A stretch of DNA of 60,309 bases from Pseudolabrys sp. (GTDB lineage: Bacteria > Pseudomonadota > Alphaproteobacteria > Rhizobiales > Xanthobacteraceae), in contig DASTGR010000181.1 in NCBI GenBank assembly GCA_035718885.1, positions 1 to 60,309 on the forward strand, read 5' to 3'. This document shows, in pieces, positions 55,223-60,309 of the stretch (the stretch's first letter is position 1; each line of letters begins with the position of its first letter). Under the pieces are notes generated by a model. That model was not told where the DNA came from and did not search any database. It worked only from the letters and a program-made list of their open reading frames with translations. The position numbers and the translations under genes are program-made.

Positions 55223-57865
55223 ATGCGCACCGACATTGCCCAGCCCATCCGCCTCGAAGATTACCGCCAGCCCGACTGGCTCGTGGACACGGTCCACCTG
55301 GACTTTTCGCTGCATCCGAGCGGCACGCGAGTGAAGGCGAGGCTGTCGCTGCGGCCGAATCCGAAAGGCCCGGCCGCGCCATTGGTGCTCGATGGCGACG
55401 AGGTGTCGTTGACCTCGCTCAAGATCGACGGCGTCGAGGCCGTGTCTGACGCCTATGTCGCAACGCCCGACCGGCTGACCATTGCGCAGCCGCCGGCCAA
55501 GCCCTTCACGCTGGAGATCGAGACCATCGTCGACCCGTCGGCCAACACGCAGCTCTCTGGCCTCTATCGCTCCAGCGGCACCTATTGCACGCAGTGCGAG
55601 GCCGAGGGCTTCCGCCGTATCACCTACTTCCCCGACCGGCCGGACGTGATGGCCGTCTACACGACGCGCATCGAGGCCGATAAGCGCGAGGCGCCGGTCC
55701 TCCTCGCCAACGGCAATCTGACAGAAAGCGGCGGCCTGGCCGGCGGCCGCCACTTCGCGGTCTGGCACGACCCGCACCCGAAGCCGTCCTATCTGTTCGC
55801 GCTCGTCGGCGGCGACCTCGCCTGCGTCGAAGACCGTTTCCGCACTATGTCCGGCCGCGACGTGACGCTGCACATCTATGTCGAGCACGGAAAAGAAGAC
55901 CGCTGTGCCTACGCCATGGACGCGCTCAAGCGCTCGATGCGTTGGGATGAGACGGCGTTTGGCCGCGAATACGATCTCGACATCTTCATGATCGTCGCCG
56001 TCTCCGACTTCAATATGGGGGCGATGGAGAACAAGGGCCTCAACGTCTTCAACGACAAATACGTTCTGGCGACGCCGGAGACCGCGACCGACGCCGACTA
56101 TTCCTACATCGAGGCGATCATCGCCCACGAATACTTCCACAACTGGACCGGCAACCGCATCACCTGCCGCGACTGGTTCCAGCTCTGCCTCAAGGAAGGC
56201 CTCACGGTCTTCCGCGACCAGGAGTTCTCCTCCGACATGCGCTCGCGCCCGGTGAAGCGCATCGCCGACGTGCGAGGGCTTCGCGCCGCGCAATTCGTCG
56301 AGGACGCGGGTCCGCTCGCGCATCCGGTTAGGCCGCAGGCCTACAAGGAGATCAACAATTTCTACACGTCGACCGTCTACGAGAAGGGCGCCGAGCTCTG
56401 CCGCATGGTGCAGACGCTGATCGGTAAGGACAAGTTCCGCGCCGGCATGGACCTCTATTTCGCCCGCCACGACGGCGAAGCGGCCACCGTCGAGCAGTTC
56501 ATCCAGTGCTTTGCCGATGCGAGCGGCCGCGACATGACACAGTTCATGTTGTGGTACGCGCAGGCCGGCACACCCGAAGTGACGGTCACGACGAAGTACG
56601 ACGCCGTGGCGAAGACCTTTATCATCGACGCGAAGCAGGTGGTGCCGCCGACGCCGGGCCAGCCGACGAAGCACCCGATGGTGATCCCGCTGCGGGTCGG
56701 CCTCGTCGGCAAGGATGGTCGCGATGTGCCGCTAAACCTTCAGGGCGGCGCACTGACCGGTGACGTCATCGAACTCAATACGGCGGAAAAGACCTTCGTC
56801 TTCACCGGCGTCGCCGACCGGCCGGTTTTGTCGATCAACCGCGGCTTCTCGGCGCCGATCAAGCTCGTCACCGATCTTTCGAACGACGACCTCGCCTTCC
56901 TCGCCGCGCACGATTCCGATCCGTTCAACCGCTGGCAGGCGCTGCAATCGATCGCGACGGGCCTGTTGATCGGCAATGTCGACGAGATCCGCAAGGGCCT
57001 CCCGCCGCGGAGCGATGAGCGGCTGATTGTGGCGCTTGCCGCGCTCATCGAGGACCTAAGCCTCGAGCCGGCCTTCGTCGCGCTGGCGCTGGTGCCGCCC
57101 GGCGAAGGCGACATCGCGCGCGAGCTCGGCCGCGACATCGATCCCGACGCCATCCACCGTGCGCGTCGCGCGCTGCGCGCGGAGATCGGCGCGCGGCTCG
57201 GGCCTGCGCTGTCGACCCTGTACGGCCGTCTGACCGTGCCGGGCGGTTACACGCCCGACGCCACCAGCGCCGGTCGCCGCGCGCTGCGCAACGTCGCGCT
57301 CGATCTGCTCGCGGCCGACGGCAATGCAGCGGCCATTGCCCGCGCCGCGCGCCAATACGAGACGGCGGACAACATGACCGACCGCATGGCGGCGCTGTCG
57401 ACTTTGGCGCTGCACGAGGGCGACGCACGGACCAAGGCGCTCGCCGACTTCTACAGCCGCTATTCGTCCGACGCGCTAGTCATCGATAAATGGTTCTCGC
57501 TCCAGGCGATGAGCCCGCTTCCCGGGGCGCTCGAGCAGGTGCGCGCGCTGACCCGCCACGCCGGCTTCTCCCTCGCCAACCCGAACCGGGTGCGGGCGCT
57601 GATCGGCGCCTTCGCCCACAGCAACCTGACGCAGTTCAACCGCGCCGACGGCGCCGGCTACGACTTCATCGCCGGCCAGGTGCTGGCGCTCGATCCGAAG
57701 AACCCGCAGGTCTCGGCCCGCATGGCGACCGCCTTCCGCACCTGGCGCAATCTGGAGTCCGGCCGCCGCGCCAAGGCGGAAGCCGCGCTGCGCCGCATCA
57801 AGGCGGCCCCCGGCCTGTCGCGTGACCTGTCCGACATTGTGGAACGGGCTTTGGGTACGCCCTGA
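55223..57865 (+). CDS. pepN: Aminopeptidase N
   Basis: TQCEAEGFRRITY, GAMENKGLN, HEYFHNWTGNR, LKEG, VYEKGAE, NPNRVRAL. Confidence 0.97.
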   Translation: MRTDIAQPIRLEDYRQPDWLVDTVHLDFSLHPSGTRVKARLSLRPNPKGPAAPLVLDGDEVSLTSLKIDGVEAVSDAYVATPDRLTIAQPPAKPFTLEIETIVDPSANTQLSGLYRSSGTYCTQCEAEGFRRITYFPDRPDVMAVYTTRIEADKREAPVLLANGNLTESGGLAGGRHFAVWHDPHPKPSYLFALVGGDLACVEDRFRTMSGRDVTLHIYVEHGKEDRCAYAMDALKRSMRWDETAFGREYDLDIFMIVAVSDFNMGAMENKGLNVFNDKYVLATPETATDADYSYIEAIIAHEYFHNWTGNRITCRDWFQLCLKEGLTVFRDQEFSSDMRSRPVKRIADVRGLRAAQFVEDAGPLAHPVRPQAYKEINNFYTSTVYEKGAELCRMVQTLIGKDKFRAGMDLYFARHDGEAATVEQFIQCFADASGRDMTQFMLWYAQAGTPEVTVTTKYDAVAKTFIIDAKQVVPPTPGQPTKHPMVIPLRVGLVGKDGRDVPLNLQGGALTGDVIELNTAEKTFVFTGVADRPVLSINRGFSAPIKLVTDLSNDDLAFLAAHDSDPFNRWQALQSIATGLLIGNVDEIRKGLPPRSDERLIVALAALIEDLSLEPAFVALALVPPGEGDIARELGRDIDPDAIHRARRALRAEIGARLGPALSTLYGRLTVPGGYTPDATSAGRRALRNVALDLLAADGNAAAIARAARQYETADNMTDRMAALSTLALHEGDARTKALADFYSRYSSDALVIDKWFSLQAMSPLPGALEQVRALTRHAGFSLANPNRVRALIGAFAHSNLTQFNRADGAGYDFIAGQVLALDPKNPQVSARMATAFRTWRNLESGRRAKAEAALRRIKAAPGLSRDLSDIVERALGTP

Positions 57866-58054
57866 CCGCCATCCCACGGAATATTGAGTCTTACGGGCAA
57901 CAGGTTCGCCCCTGTGTGTAACGATTTTTAAACAATTGACTCTCCGACTCTCGACAAAGCAGCGGCCATCGATTCCAATCGCAGGGTGATTCGGAGAGAT
58001 GCGGCACATCCTTCCGGACCAGGGTGGTGGGGACATTCCGAACGGAGGCCGTCT

Positions 58055-60309
<2,255 letters not shown>

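Noticed and set aside
57916-57935. Possible CtrA site upstream of pleC (GTAA-N7-TAAAC)
   Set aside because: Two mismatches to consensus; cannot be supported from sequence alone.

Overview
High-GC alphaproteobacterial chromosome segment, probably Hyphomicrobiales/Rhizobiales (inferred from the pepN-pleC pair, the PdhS-type kinase and codon style). Core genes flank the window. On the left are mrp/apbC, a PleC/DivJ-type kinase, DUF1289, a TIGR02281 protease, tauE and dusA; on the right are a CDF transporter, an alcohol dehydrogenase, pepN and pleC. Between them is a roughly 42 kb accessory catabolic region with no integrase or transposase. It holds six modules. (1) A CUT1 ABC importer with two tandem CocE/NonD hydrolases, preceded by an unannotated His/Cys-rich leader ORF that reads through an intrinsic terminator. 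(2) An AurF-like diiron enzyme and a hydrolase, whose AraC regulator is truncated and abuts a PilZ remnant; this block separates them from a third CocE paralog. (3) A HadA/TcpA-type two-component halo/nitrophenol monooxygenase module with DoxX and a cysteine-free AhpD-fold protein. (4) A hydantoinase/oxoprolinase pair, a DhpH-like hydroxylase and a His-rich LVIVD beta-propeller. (5) A BigR/SqrR-type persulfide module. (6) An SDR, His-membrane protein, gamma subunit, GMC and enolase operon with two EcfG-like promoters. No rRNA, tRNA, CRISPR array or IS element was seen. All family calls come from motif recognition and recall; no searches were run.
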